From positions 2,852,001-2,916,000 of the forward strand of contig CAKKNE010000003.1 of NCBI GenBank assembly GCA_918797485.1: a stretch of 64,000 bases of DNA. Direction: 5' to 3'. Under the pieces are notes generated by a model that worked only from the letters and a program-made list of their open reading frames with translations, had not been told where the DNA came from and searched no databases. The stretch is from Pelagomonas calceolata (taxonomy: Eukaryota). The position numbers and the translations under genes were made by a program. Positions 43,201 to 52,255 of this stretch are shown piece after piece (position 1 is the first letter of the stretch; each line of letters starts with the position of its first letter).

Positions 43201-43558
43201 GGCCGTTCGCCTGCGCGCGGAGGCGGCGCGGGCGCGGCAGGCCCAGGCGCCTCCCTCTCCCGTCAGAACCCACGTGCCAGTCACGATGCCGGCGGTCGTG
43301 TCGCCGCCGACGCCGCCGGCGCCGGCGCCGGCGCTGCCCACGAACGGCCACGGGCCGCTCCAGCCGTGCCTCGCCGAGTTTGTTGCGTCCTTAGGATTAT
43401 CTGATCATGCTCTGGCGACGCTCGTCGAGCAGCTCGCCACGGCCGAGATCTTCGATCTGGAGACGGCCAAGTTCCTCGAGGCTGCCGAGTGGCGCGACGT
43501 GGGCCTCAAGGTCGAGACGCGCAAGAGGTTGCTCGCGCGCCTCGAGGCGACGGCCTAG
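40229..43558 (+). CDS. Multidomain protein: Tudor-like + DnaJ + U-box + SAM-like
   Basis: VQARYRG..ARVVKV..TYDLEF; YRRRALQLHPDR..RFEKF..VLKD; LECPITYEFFKDPV..YERSAIEQWL..SPITN..LIPN; C-terminal EWRDVGLK. Confidence 0.85.
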   Translation: MDLDDIQDGEVYAVEESKHDDGTTARLSVEADGAIVAHLRVPEGCVQGDPIPIVIDTTQLGDPHGGVKHVGDYPCPDDVKPGEVLPILIKEGDGRGMPPPPPEGFEPEKDVVFVTVPAGCREGDDIPILENGVETGLVVKCPPGKKPGDVVGVKVTEEDRKRMKEGAQQNGKRLDELQEICHALPVCLDFGGKDVADLLAEEAYYREQAERTASIANAAKHQRERFEAALAAARKGVKEDKEDKKKKEKRLKQAKERQDTRRKLEAKLAKARRDGDAREVEKYARLVEACKEKVIEEKVSADLIRRSDWEDEANQRTAVEKRLEKYRKAVETAVEKSEKEKDQAKAQKCEAWLAKHDEDSKSYVFKEDEVVQARYRGREAYVEARVVKVRKDNKGTYTYDLEFADVDDEDAKTLDVDQAEKLATRAKQDHDAKYLVAHKTSEKAKRAADDITKLVNKLYRRRALQLHPDRCGGGEEARLRFEKFQISSAVLKDQEKRLLYVGEMTRARDTALREDIDQDLEESERYGKWHDAWLAKHKASLGLEGDAEKVAQKPLRLEAEEALRTPAKVQIVSKVPGKDCLTVTGEVSALSVLAEQFVAAECRVEQSWGYGGFDKAPMTQSIKLEPSHGRHVAQVTFNSLTFGGWELKWRVAVDKNGHQSWSPWSAGSAVDVIDPRADEKDAKRKKASEKCAYEASSLESLLKEAQGWSTLQQEALKPNVDSLERAISRCAQLCRVASREASVPAKRVVAKAMELHSSLEARLMRREQRSERRQFAHLVRRRVWSGAFGAWISTVTKDDLTRENGDVNRLFQSLIGTEKKSLVAANWASDDVLDAAATRSDLFSKKNVEALKKCAQQLRDKRRSEEDKERQREIAKARAAKMKQRAAPQQDDDDDFDDAAWDQFMAATAPEPAPAALPAAPQFVSQDSSVSIKDLECPITYEFFKDPVTLEGDGIVYERSAIEQWLRGGHMTSPITNVTLGAGQTRLIPNEAVRLRAEAARARQAQAPPSPVRTHVPVTMPAVVSPPTPPAPAPALPTNGHGPLQPCLAEFVASLGLSDHALATLVEQLATAEIFDLETAKFLEAAEWRDVGLKVETRKRLLARLEATA

Positions 43559-43648
43559 CTTATAACTATGTGCTAATGAACTCACACGAGGCTTATCACA
43601 GTGCTCAGGCGCCCTTCGACGGAAGTGTCGGCGGCGGCGGCGCATTGC

Positions 43649-44932
43649 TCAGGCGTCCGTCGGCGGCGGCACTTGCGGCGGCGGCGCCGTCGCATCGGCC
43701 GGCGCGGGCGGCGGCGCGGCCTCGAGGGCTGCGACGCGCGCGGCGCGCACGGCGGCCGGCGACGACGCGGCCGCGCCGCCGAGGGCGCTCCCCTCGTCGC
43801 GCGGCCGCTTCCGCGACTCCGCGAGGGACTCGGCGACCGCGGCGAGCGTCTCGAACGGGCGCGGCACCGGCGGGGCGTACGTAACTAAGCGCACGTCGAG
43901 GGGGTAGTCCACCGAAGCCAGAGCTTTTTCGATGGCGCGCGCGATCCACGAGAGGCCGTTGCCGAAGACGCCGCCGCCGACGGCCGTCAGAAACACCTTG
44001 GACGCGTGGGGCCGGTCCGGGTGGTCGAGCGCGTTTAGCGCGGAGGCGATGAGCGCCGCCTCGTAGGACGCCTCCAGGACCAGCGAGGCGAAGGCCTTCC
44101 AGAGGCCGCTGCCGTTTCCTGAATAGGCGACGGAACAGGCCGAGGCGAAGATCTGCGTGACGACGTGGTCGGTATCCCTCAACTGGTCGCGGCCCCAGTT
44201 CTGGGAGGTGACCTGGCAGTCCGTCTGGAGGCCGATGCGCAGGAGCGCCTTGACCGCGTCGCGGCCCGCTTCATCTAAACTCGCGACCTTCTCCGTTAGC
44301 GCCCGCAGCGCGGCGTCGTCGGCCATCGTGTAGCCGCCCCGGACGTCGAAGCGGCCGCCGAGCGGCCCTAGATGCGTGAGGACGTCGCGGAGGTTCTCGA
44401 TCTGTGAATCTCTGGTCTGCGGCGCGCCATTCAACCCAAAATAGTTCCGGTAGATCGTCGAGGCGCCGCAGGCGATGGCGCAGCAGGGGCCCTGCGTCTT
44501 GTCCCAGGCGTAGCCCGTGACGCCGTCCTCGGGCGTGACCGAAGGGCCCACGAACTCGAGGCAGTTGAATTGGCTCGCGACCTGGAACGTCGCGCCCGGG
44601 AACTCGCCGTGCAGGGCGCCCGCGTCGCCGATGACATTGGAGAAGGACGGTGGTTTTTTTTCGTAGGTCCGTGCTTTGAGTTGATTTCTTAGTTCGCCGA
44701 GGGACGGCGTCGTGAACGCGCCGGCCTTGTAGCGCTGGTTTAAGGCGGGCGCGACGAGGTCCGTGCCTTCGGCGGTGACGAGCGCTCTTACATCATTCGC
44801 GTCGCGCTCTCTGAAACCCACAAGGCGCTCGAACCAGTCCGACATGATGCTGCGGGTCTCTGGTGTGGCCTCACCGGTGGCGCGCGCAGGTCTAGCAGGC
44901 AATTTAACACTGCGGGACGAACAGGCTCCCAT
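43649..44932 (-). CDS. Macro/PARG-like fold protein of the FQVASQFNCLE family
   Basis: FQVASQFNCLE..Y.WDKTQGP..EASYEAAL..VFLTAVGGGVFGN. The Gly-rich motif resembles the macro/PARG diphosphate-binding loop. Start at 44932 (MGACSS) or 44845. Confidence 0.7.
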   Translation of the reverse strand: MGACSSRSVKLPARPARATGEATPETRSIMSDWFERLVGFRERDANDVRALVTAEGTDLVAPALNQRYKAGAFTTPSLGELRNQLKARTYEKKPPSFSNVIGDAGALHGEFPGATFQVASQFNCLEFVGPSVTPEDGVTGYAWDKTQGPCCAIACGASTIYRNYFGLNGAPQTRDSQIENLRDVLTHLGPLGGRFDVRGGYTMADDAALRALTEKVASLDEAGRDAVKALLRIGLQTDCQVTSQNWGRDQLRDTDHVVTQIFASACSVAYSGNGSGLWKAFASLVLEASYEAALIASALNALDHPDRPHASKVFLTAVGGGVFGNGLSWIARAIEKALASVDYPLDVRLVTYAPPVPRPFETLAAVAESLAESRKRPRDEGSALGGAAASSPAAVRAARVAALEAAPPPAPADATAPPPQVPPPTDA

Positions 44933-44974
44933 CAGCTGCGCTGCGGGTGTTTGTTATGTCCAAAAGCTGCTCTT

Positions 44975-44997
44975 GCTAGTGTCTTACAGCCGCTAGC
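44975..44997 (+). promoter_or_regulatory. CTAG-box element in divergent gap
   Basis: GCTAGTGTCTTACAGCCGCTAGC. Confidence 0.75.
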
Positions 44998-45185
44998 CAT
45001 TTAGCTCGGCCCGGCTGCGTTTCGGATTTATTCCGCCGTATACGTGGCCCCTCGTGCTGCCACACGCTGCTCGCAGCGCCCTCGACCTCTGCGCCACCCG
45101 TCGGGTCGCGTGGCGCCCGCAAAGCTCCGGCACAGACCGGTCCCCTGAACACGCCAGTTTTTACTCGCAGCGCCAGGGAAGAACC

Positions 45186-46563
45186 ATGGCCACGGAGTCG
45201 CAGCCGATCGACATTGACGACGAAAGCGACGTCGTGGACCTCTGCGACAAGTCGTCCGAGGACGACGACGACTCGGTCGTGGACCTGACGGCGGCGTCGC
45301 CGGCCTCACCGAAGCGGCGGCGGTCCGTGATCGACGTCGACGACGAGGCCGTCGCGCGACAGTTGGAGTTAGAAGAGCAGCGCGCGGCGAAGCGCCGCAA
45401 GAAGGCCGAGGAGCGCGACGCGCGGATCGCGCGCAAGCTCGCGGCCGAGGAGAAGCGCAAGGCCGAGGAGAAGAAACGCGCCGACGCCATCAAGCGCAAG
45501 AACGCCGCCGAGCGCGCCGCGAAAGAGAAACGCAAGAGCGTCGACACGGAGGAGCTCGCGTCGACGCCGACGGGCCTCGCCGCGATCGTCACCGAGTACA
45601 CGCGCGACTCGAAGAAGTGGGCCGTGGGTTTGGAGCTGAAAAACGCGTGCGCGAATTTTGATTTGGCGGTCAAGTTCTTCGAGAAGCACGCGGCCATGCT
45701 CGCGCGCGCGCCCTGCCCGCGGAGCGGCCGGAACAAGGGCACGCGCGCCACGCCTTTAGCGATTGTGTATCATGGGACGTCGCGGTCGAACTTCCGGGCG
45801 ATCATGGAGGGCAATCTAAAGGTGCCCGACGGGCGGACCGTGAGACATGTCACCGACGACGGTTTTTTTGGGCGCGGAATCTACACGACGACGGACCCTC
45901 GACTGGCGTTTGCCTACGCCAAGGACGCGATTGTGTTTGCCTGCTTAGCGCTGCCGGGGCGCCAGTACAAGGCCACGCAGAAGCGCGACCGGGGCGTGCC
46001 GAAGAAAGCTGGGTATGACTCGCACCTGGGCTACGTTTTGCGCGGTGTCCGAGAGGTGGCATTCAACAAACCGCGCGTCGCAAACGAGTCGCGTCGATGG
46101 CGTCACTCAATACCCCACGCAGGAGGGCGACGGCGCGCCCCAGCTCGTGTTTTTTGACACGGACCAGGTGCTGCCGTGCTACCTCGTCGACCAGCGGAAC
46201 CACACGCGGGCGCACGCCGCCCTGGAGCGTGCCGTGAAAGTGGTGGCGGAAAAAACGGGGAACGCGCGGCCGTCCGACGGCATCCCGAAGAACCGGTCGG
46301 GACGTCGGGCGATGCCCGCGCCCGGCGCCTACGCCGCCGGCGCCGGCGCGCCGGTCGCGCCGGGCGGCGCGGTGCCGCCGACGGGCGGCGTGATGCCGCC
46401 CGGCCTCGCCGCGTACATATCGATGATCACGGGCGGCGGCGGCGGCTACGGAGGAGGACCGCCTCCGGGCTACGGCCCGCCTCCAGGCTACGGCCCGCCG
46501 CCGGGCTACGGTCCGCCGCCGGGCTATTTCGGCGGCGGCGGGTACGGGGGCGCCGACTACTAA
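45186..46563 (+). CDS. PARP-like ADP-ribosyltransferase domain protein with N-terminal SIM-like motifs; intron 46035-46122
   Basis: YHGT..FFGRGIYTT..AFAYA..YDSH..QLVFFDTDQVLPCYLV after splicing. C-terminal (GYGPPP)n tail. Confidence 0.8.
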
Positions 46564-46628
46564 GTGCTTGTTATTGTTAGTCCGTGTGACGGGGGGCGCC
46601 GACTACTAAATTCTTGTATTGTTAGTCC
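46544..46628 (+). repeat. About 45-bp tandem duplication spanning the stop codon
   Basis: ACGGGGGCGCCGACTACTAAGTGCTTGTTATTGTTAGTCC, then ACGGGGGGCGCCGACTACTAAATTCTTGTATTGTTAGTCC. Confidence 0.85.
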
Positions 46629-46637
46629 TTCGGGGCT

Positions 46638-48299
46638 CTACGTCGGCGCGAGGCCCCCGAGGAGCTCGTCGAGCCGCGCCGCCTCGGCGGGGTGTTCGCC
46701 ACAAACACTCGCTTCGAGCGCCGCCACCGTACAACAACCGAGCGCGTCGCCGACAACGACGCGGCGGCCGTCTCCGGAAAAAGCGACGGATGTCAACGCG
46801 CCCGCCGACAGCTGCTCCGCGGCGCCGACGATTTGTCCCGACGCGGCCGTCCAGAGCCGCACGCACCCGTCGGACGCCGCCGTGCACAGTAACGCGGCTC
46901 TGGACGGCGACCACGCTATTGATGCCACGTAGCCGTGCGCGCCGTGGTCCAGGGGCGCGCCCAGCGGTGTACTGCCAACTCGCAATCTACAAGTCCAGTC
47001 GACCGACGCCGACGCGAGCAGATGCCTCCTTAATCCGAGCGTGTCGCTGGAAGCAGCCGCACCTTTCCGCGACGCCGGGTGCGCCGCGAGACACGTGACG
47101 CGGCCGCGGTGCGTGCCCAATGCGGCGCACGGTTCGCTGCCGCCGAACGTCGCCATTGATACGGAACCGGCTTCGCAGCCGACGTACGCCGTACTATCGT
47201 CGGCGAAGTCGGCGCAGGACACCGCGATCCCGAGCTGCCGCTTCTCGAGGGGCCTTTCCAAGTTTCCCGGCGCCCACAGACAACAAACGCCGTCGCTCGA
47301 CCCCGTCAATACAGTACCGTCGTCTCGCACAGATAAAGCGCAGATCGATGATGCATGAGGCGCGTGCCGGTCCAAGGGTGATCTGGCGACGCAGTTCTGC
47401 GTCCTACCATCAAACAGCAGGAGTTGCCCCGACGCCGCGCCACCTAACACCAGAGAAGGGTGCCGTGGGTCGCAGGCGATGGAGGTGACGCCGGCCTCGC
47501 ATCTGAATTGAGAATCGGGCGCTTTCGTGGAGGCGAGGGACCAGACGCACACACACCCCTCTTCTCCGACGTCGCCGTCAAACTCAGATGTAGAGGATGC
47601 ATACGAAGCGACAAAGGCCTCGGGCCGCTCTCTTATCACAGAGACGCCCGTGCACGCCGCCTCGAAGGGCATCGTAAAGGTCGTCCGTCCAGATGAAGGG
47701 AAGTTGGCACCGGCGCTCACATCGGTCTCGACGCTCACCGGCGCGAAAAGAGCGTCGAAGACGTCGCGCTCGCCCAGGCACTTCTCGACGAGCCTTGCTC
47801 GTGATGATAGCGACGAGAGGTCCACGGGTCTTTTCTCGACTTTGCGAATGTCCGCCGTTGCCTTGCGCGCGCTGTCTGAAGATGAATTGCTCCGGTTTTT
47901 CAGCGCCCGTTCCGAATTTTCCTTCTCCAGTCGTGCCTGGGCCGCGGCGGCCTCGTCAACATCTTCATGTGTCTCGGTCTGCGTCGCGGCCGCGAGCACG
48001 TCCACAATTTTTCTTTCGTATCGAGGCGACGTCGACGCGCGGGACGCGGCCGGCGGCGGCGGCGGCGGCAGCTGCGTGCCATTTGGGGTGGAAACTGGTG
48101 CTGCTGGCGCCGGCGCCTCGGACTTCTGCGAGAGCAGGCCGTCGACGTACGACCGCAGGTTCGCGGCCGCGGACGCGGCGCTCTTTTGGGAGGTGGCGGC
48201 CTGGCGCGCGCGCTCGGCCTTCTGCGCCTTGAGGGCCTCGATGCGGCGGCGCTTCTCCTCGAGGGCCTGGCGCCGCGCGACGAGCTCGTCCGAGGGCAT
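46638..48299 (-). CDS. Dynein intermediate chain (cytoplasmic type, WD40)
   Basis: N-terminal LEEKRRRIEALK coiled coil, ATQT light-chain-binding motif, and WD repeats (SASVDWTCRL, AWSPSR). Confidence 0.85.
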   Translation of the reverse strand: MPSDELVARRQALEEKRRRIEALKAQKAERARQAATSQKSAASAAANLRSYVDGLLSQKSEAPAPAAPVSTPNGTQLPPPPPPAASRASTSPRYERKIVDVLAAATQTETHEDVDEAAAAQARLEKENSERALKNRSNSSSDSARKATADIRKVEKRPVDLSSLSSRARLVEKCLGERDVFDALFAPVSVETDVSAGANFPSSGRTTFTMPFEAACTGVSVIRERPEAFVASYASSTSEFDGDVGEEGCVCVWSLASTKAPDSQFRCEAGVTSIACDPRHPSLVLGGAASGQLLLFDGRTQNCVARSPLDRHAPHASSICALSVRDDGTVLTGSSDGVCCLWAPGNLERPLEKRQLGIAVSCADFADDSTAYVGCEAGSVSMATFGGSEPCAALGTHRGRVTCLAAHPASRKGAAASSDTLGLRRHLLASASVDWTCRLRVGSTPLGAPLDHGAHGYVASIAWSPSRAALLCTAASDGCVRLWTAASGQIVGAAEQLSAGALTSVAFSGDGRRVVVGDALGCCTVAALEASVCGEHPAEAARLDELLGGLAPT

Positions 48300-48444
48300 T
48301 TTCAGTTTTGAGCTTGCTTTGAATTTGAGCCCTTGGCGAGCCGCGCCGGGCTGCGCTGTGATATATGCTCGTCCGAGCGATGCTCAGATTCAACTGTGTG
48401 GCACTCCTGCTGCCTTAAACACGCGGCGCGCGCTTGCTGATTTC

Positions 48445-48465
48445 CTAGTGTCTTACAGCGCTAGC
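48445..48465 (+). promoter_or_regulatory. CTAG-box element in divergent gap
   Basis: CTAGTGTCTTACAGCGCTAGC. Confidence 0.75.
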
Positions 48466-48571
48466 TAGACTGCCAAAGCCCGGGCGTCGACGGCGTAGGT
48501 TGGCTGGGCAGCCCCAAAAGCCCAGGCACCGGTCCTCCCACGTGAGCGCACCGCGCGGACCGCGAGCGACC

Positions 48572-49516
48572 ATGTCCCAGGCCGCCAACAACCAGTGCTG
48601 TGGGAGCAACAAGCGCTGCTCGGGCACGGCCGTTGTGGTCTGCGCCAGCATTGCCACGATCAGCATGACTATTTGCGCGCTCTTCACGTTCGACATACCG
48701 CTCTACGCGTGGTTCGGATGGATCAATGTGATTATGAACGTCACAGTCCTCGTCACGGCGTCGATTTTCGTCTGCCAGTGTTGTGGCGAGGAGGGCTGCA
48801 AGCCGCATCTGGTCCAAGGCATTATGATGGCTTATTGTGTCCTAGCCGTAATCAGCTTCATCGTCTGCGCGTCGGGCGCCGACGCCGCGATCCGCCACAA
48901 CTGCGAGGACACGATCAAGTGCGACTCGGCGGAGCCGTGGACTGGAGTTTCCTGGGACGACGACTGCGGCCAGAAGACCTCGCGGTTCCAGCTCTGTACG
49001 AACCCGGACACCGGGGGCGGGCACCTCTACTACTCGAAGTGGGGCGACGACTGCGACGACGGCGGGGGCAGCGACGACCAATGCCGCGCCTTCGCGACGG
49101 AAAAGGACTGCTGGAACTACTGCAACCCTCACGACGACGACATGGACGCGACTGATCAGTGCGACGGCGTCGGCGACCCGGATCGCTGCAACGACGGCTC
49201 GTCGATCCACGCCCACGCCCACCTCCTCGCCTTCTGGAGCTCCATCGCGATCGCGCTGCTCCTCGTGCCGAGCGTCATCTGGACGTTCTGCCTCTTCCAG
49301 CCGGACCCTCCCAAACCTAGTGAGCCGCCCACCGTACAAGCCGTCGAGATGGCGACGGTCCAGGTCCGCGCCGCACACGCCGCCGCGCCTTCTGTCGTCC
49401 TGCAGGCCGCGCCGCAGCCCCAGGTCATCTACGCGCCGCAGCCGCAGACGGGCCAGGTCATCTACGCGCAGGAGGAGCCCGTGAAGGGGTCTAGTGAAGG
49501 GGGCGTAGTCCTATAA
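48572..49516 (+). CDS. Four-TM membrane protein with Cys/Asp-rich large loop
   Basis: Three N-terminal TM segments, a Cys-rich loop, a fourth TM segment and a QVIYA-repeat tail. Confidence 0.7.
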   Translation: MSQAANNQCCGSNKRCSGTAVVVCASIATISMTICALFTFDIPLYAWFGWINVIMNVTVLVTASIFVCQCCGEEGCKPHLVQGIMMAYCVLAVISFIVCASGADAAIRHNCEDTIKCDSAEPWTGVSWDDDCGQKTSRFQLCTNPDTGGGHLYYSKWGDDCDDGGGSDDQCRAFATEKDCWNYCNPHDDDMDATDQCDGVGDPDRCNDGSSIHAHAHLLAFWSSIAIALLLVPSVIWTFCLFQPDPPKPSEPPTVQAVEMATVQVRAAHAAAPSVVLQAAPQPQVIYAPQPQTGQVIYAQEEPVKGSSEGGVVL

Positions 49517-49538
49517 TTAATTCAAAACTTAAGTGACG

Positions 49539-50915
49539 TCACTCGTCGAGGCGGATGTCCCCGAGCTCCTCGCCGATCGCCTCGTAGCCCGCCAGCGGAG
49601 TGTACGCCTCGTCCGGCGGGATGGGCGACTCGTCGAACAGGTCCGGCCGCCGCTCGCGCAGGCACGCGTCGATGCGTTTGATTGCATCCAGCCCGCCGGC
49701 CATGATTGATACAACGCGGACGCGGCCCGCCGCTAATTTGTCAACGTCGTTGTCCGGCAGCGGCAGCTCGGGGTTCACCCTGATTAAGGTGGTGGCCACG
49801 GCATCGACGTTGCGAAACACGTGCTCCGACTCGTGCCTGACCGTGGTCACGTTGCCGCCGGCGCCGACCTCGAGGATCACAACCCTTAATGGATTTGATG
49901 CAGAGCGCGTCTCCGTCGCGAGCCAGCGCACCGCCGCCGTCCACTCGCGGTAGCGCCGGTCCTGCAAGGCCGAGTCGACCCAGTCGTTATCCTCGAACAT
50001 GAGGATGGCCGGCCGCGCGCGGCCGCCGCAGCGCGGGCAGATTGGCCAATTTTTGTCGAACGTTTTTGAGCGATCATTCAGCGGAGGCGGCATGTGCTGG
50101 AGCGTGGTGGACGGGTCCCTCGTCTCACCGCCCGTGTGGCCGATCGTTGCTTTATCATCCACATCCGTTTTCGCGGCCAGTGATGACGCGCGGGTGCCGT
50201 CCTCCGCCAGCATCGTTTCTGTGGAGACGGCGTAGGGCGCCAGATCTGATGGAGCGCGCCACACGCTCCGCGAGCACTTCTTCGACATGTACAACACCTT
50301 CTCACCTTCTTCATCCTCGACAACAACTCGCCGCCCGCCGCACTGATACAACTCGACATTGCCGTGGCATTCCCGGATCTCGCCCGCGTCGAGCACATCA
50401 TAGAAATGCGCGTCGACGTTCGATGTGTAGGAGAAGAAGGCGCCCGGCGGTGTGACGTGATCATTCGACCACGCCTCCTCCTCATTTTTTAAATCCTCCA
50501 GTGATGATTGCTTCTCCTGCTCCGCAACCCTCAAACCGATCACGTCCGCCACGTCAGAAGTAGAAAACATCGCATCCCGCCATTTTTTAACGATGCCATA
50601 CCCGTCGTGGGGCCTCGTCTGCCGGTAGTCGTTGAAGCACAGGCCCCAGAAGCCCCAGAATAATTCGGGTTCGTCGCGCAGCCACGACGGCACGCACAGT
50701 TCTCTATATGTAAGATCTCTTTCAGCATATGCTTTGACGTTCGCGATGTCCCTGTATACAGCTAAGCCACTTTCAGCGGACCAGCCGGCGCCCGTCGCGA
50801 GCAATAATACATCAGCATCCAGGATCGCGTCGGCCGCCTCGGAGCAGGCCTGCGGCACGTTCTTTCGCAGCTCGTCCGCCTCTTCTCTTTCTGGTTTCGT
50901 GGGCTGGGCGCCCAT
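49539..50915 (-). CDS. SIR2-family NAD-dependent deacylase-like protein
   Basis: TGAGWSAESG, YTSNVDAHF, ECHGN..QC, CPRCGGRARPAILMF, LEVGAG, IRVNPE. Confidence 0.9.
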   Translation of the reverse strand: MGAQPTKPEREEADELRKNVPQACSEAADAILDADVLLLATGAGWSAESGLAVYRDIANVKAYAERDLTYRELCVPSWLRDEPELFWGFWGLCFNDYRQTRPHDGYGIVKKWRDAMFSTSDVADVIGLRVAEQEKQSSLEDLKNEEEAWSNDHVTPPGAFFSYTSNVDAHFYDVLDAGEIRECHGNVELYQCGGRRVVVEDEEGEKVLYMSKKCSRSVWRAPSDLAPYAVSTETMLAEDGTRASSLAAKTDVDDKATIGHTGGETRDPSTTLQHMPPPLNDRSKTFDKNWPICPRCGGRARPAILMFEDNDWVDSALQDRRYREWTAAVRWLATETRSASNPLRVVILEVGAGGNVTTVRHESEHVFRNVDAVATTLIRVNPELPLPDNDVDKLAAGRVRVVSIMAGGLDAIKRIDACLRERRPDLFDESPIPPDEAYTPLAGYEAIGEELGDIRLDE

Positions 50916-51136
50916 GCTTCGTTGTTACAGTGGAGTGAGACTCGCCGACACTAGGGCGAACGCGACAGATTCGGTGCGTGATACTTTGTGCTTGGTGTTT
51001 TGTGTTTTGTGTGCCGGCTCGCTGCGATTGCGCAGCGATGTCGTGCGAGCTATGACGGTCTATTTATGCTGATATTCCGCAGCGCTGGCTCACATTACCC
51101 GGTTTTTTTGTATAAGTTGGGGGGCGACGATTGCGT

Positions 51137-51160
51137 GCTAGTGTCTTACGTGACGCTAGC
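51137..51160 (+). promoter_or_regulatory. CTAG-box element in divergent gap
   Basis: GCTAGTGTCTTACGTGACGCTAGC. Confidence 0.75.
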
Positions 51161-51231
51161 TTTGGCACCGAGCGTGGATAGCGTGTATAGGTGCATGTAA
51201 GCATTGTATAGGCAAGCTATAGCTTTCTGCA

Positions 51232-51395
51232 CGCTGCCGCAGCGATCCCCTGTACGCTGCCGCACCATACGGGCAGTGCAGCGCTCATCACTGCAGCTGG
51301 CTGCAGCAGCCGTCGACGAGCCGCAGCGATCGACGCGGTTCCGTGGCGATAGACGAGCCGCCGCAGCGGTCGACGAGCTGCCGCAGCGATCGACA
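51232..51395 (+). repeat. Clustered GCCGCAGCG(A/G)TC repeats in a 5' flank
   Basis: At least four copies, near 51236, 51320, 51360 and 51380. Confidence 0.6.
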
Positions 51396-51400
51396 CAAAG

Positions 51401-52255
51401 ATGCGCAGAAGCGCGCGCTGGGCGCTCGGCATTCTCGGCGAGCTGCTGTCGAACGCGAAGCCGGGGCGGCGCTACGCCGGCCCGCCTATGACAACGAACG
51501 GCGGCGGCCGCGCGTTGGTCACTGGCGGCACCGGTGGGATTGGGGAGGAGGTGTGCCGCGGCCTCGCGGCACGCGGCTACGACGTCCTCGTGGGCGCTCG
51601 CGACCCAGCAAAGGGAGAAGCCGTCGCCGCACGGCTGCGCGAGGAATTTCCGGGTGCGCACAAGTGCGCCGTCTGTGACCTCAATGAAGGCGACGCGGCG
51701 CTGCCGAGGGGCGTCAACTTGCTGGTGAACAACGCCGGAGTCATGGGCGCCGCCACCGATGAGACGATGCGCGTCAATTTATTAGCGCCGGCGCGGCTGA
51801 CCCTCGGGCTCCGCGCCCGGAACCGGAAGCTGAGAGTCGTCAACGTGGCGTCGTCCTCGCACCTGCGCGCGAGGGCCTGCCCCGTGGCTCGCATGCTCGA
51901 CGACCGGCGACGGGACAAGTCCCTGAGTGCCTATGCGGCCTCCAAGCTAGGTCTCCTGCAGTTCACGGCAGCGCTGCGCAACAATGGCGTCGACGCGCGG
52001 GCATGTCATCCCGGACTCGTGTGGACACCCATGCTCAAGGGCTTCTTCCCGGCGCCCGTGCGCGCGGTGCTTCCGCGGCGCCTCTTCAAGACCCCCGCCG
52101 AGGGCGCGGCGACGGTGCTCCTCGCCTGCGTCGACGACGAAGCGGGCACGTACTACATGGATAGCGGGGACCGGCCGGCGGCCGCATCGCCCGAGTGCTC
52201 CGCGACGGGCGCGCTCGTCGACGAGCTGGGCGCACTAGGACTCAACATTAGGTGA
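51401..52255 (+). CDS. Short-chain dehydrogenase/reductase (RDH-like)
   Basis: VTGGTGGIG, LVNNAGV, VNVASS, YAASK, HPGLV. Confidence 0.92.
   Translation: MRRSARWALGILGELLSNAKPGRRYAGPPMTTNGGGRALVTGGTGGIGEEVCRGLAARGYDVLVGARDPAKGEAVAARLREEFPGAHKCAVCDLNEGDAALPRGVNLLVNNAGVMGAATDETMRVNLLAPARLTLGLRARNRKLRVVNVASSSHLRARACPVARMLDDRRRDKSLSAYAASKLGLLQFTAALRNNGVDARACHPGLVWTPMLKGFFPAPVRAVLPRRLFKTPAEGAATVLLACVDDEAGTYYMDSGDRPAAASPECSATGALVDELGALGLNIR

Noticed and set aside
46444..46530. 18-bp tandem repeat
   Set aside because: Encodes the low-complexity GYGPPP tail of the ART protein.
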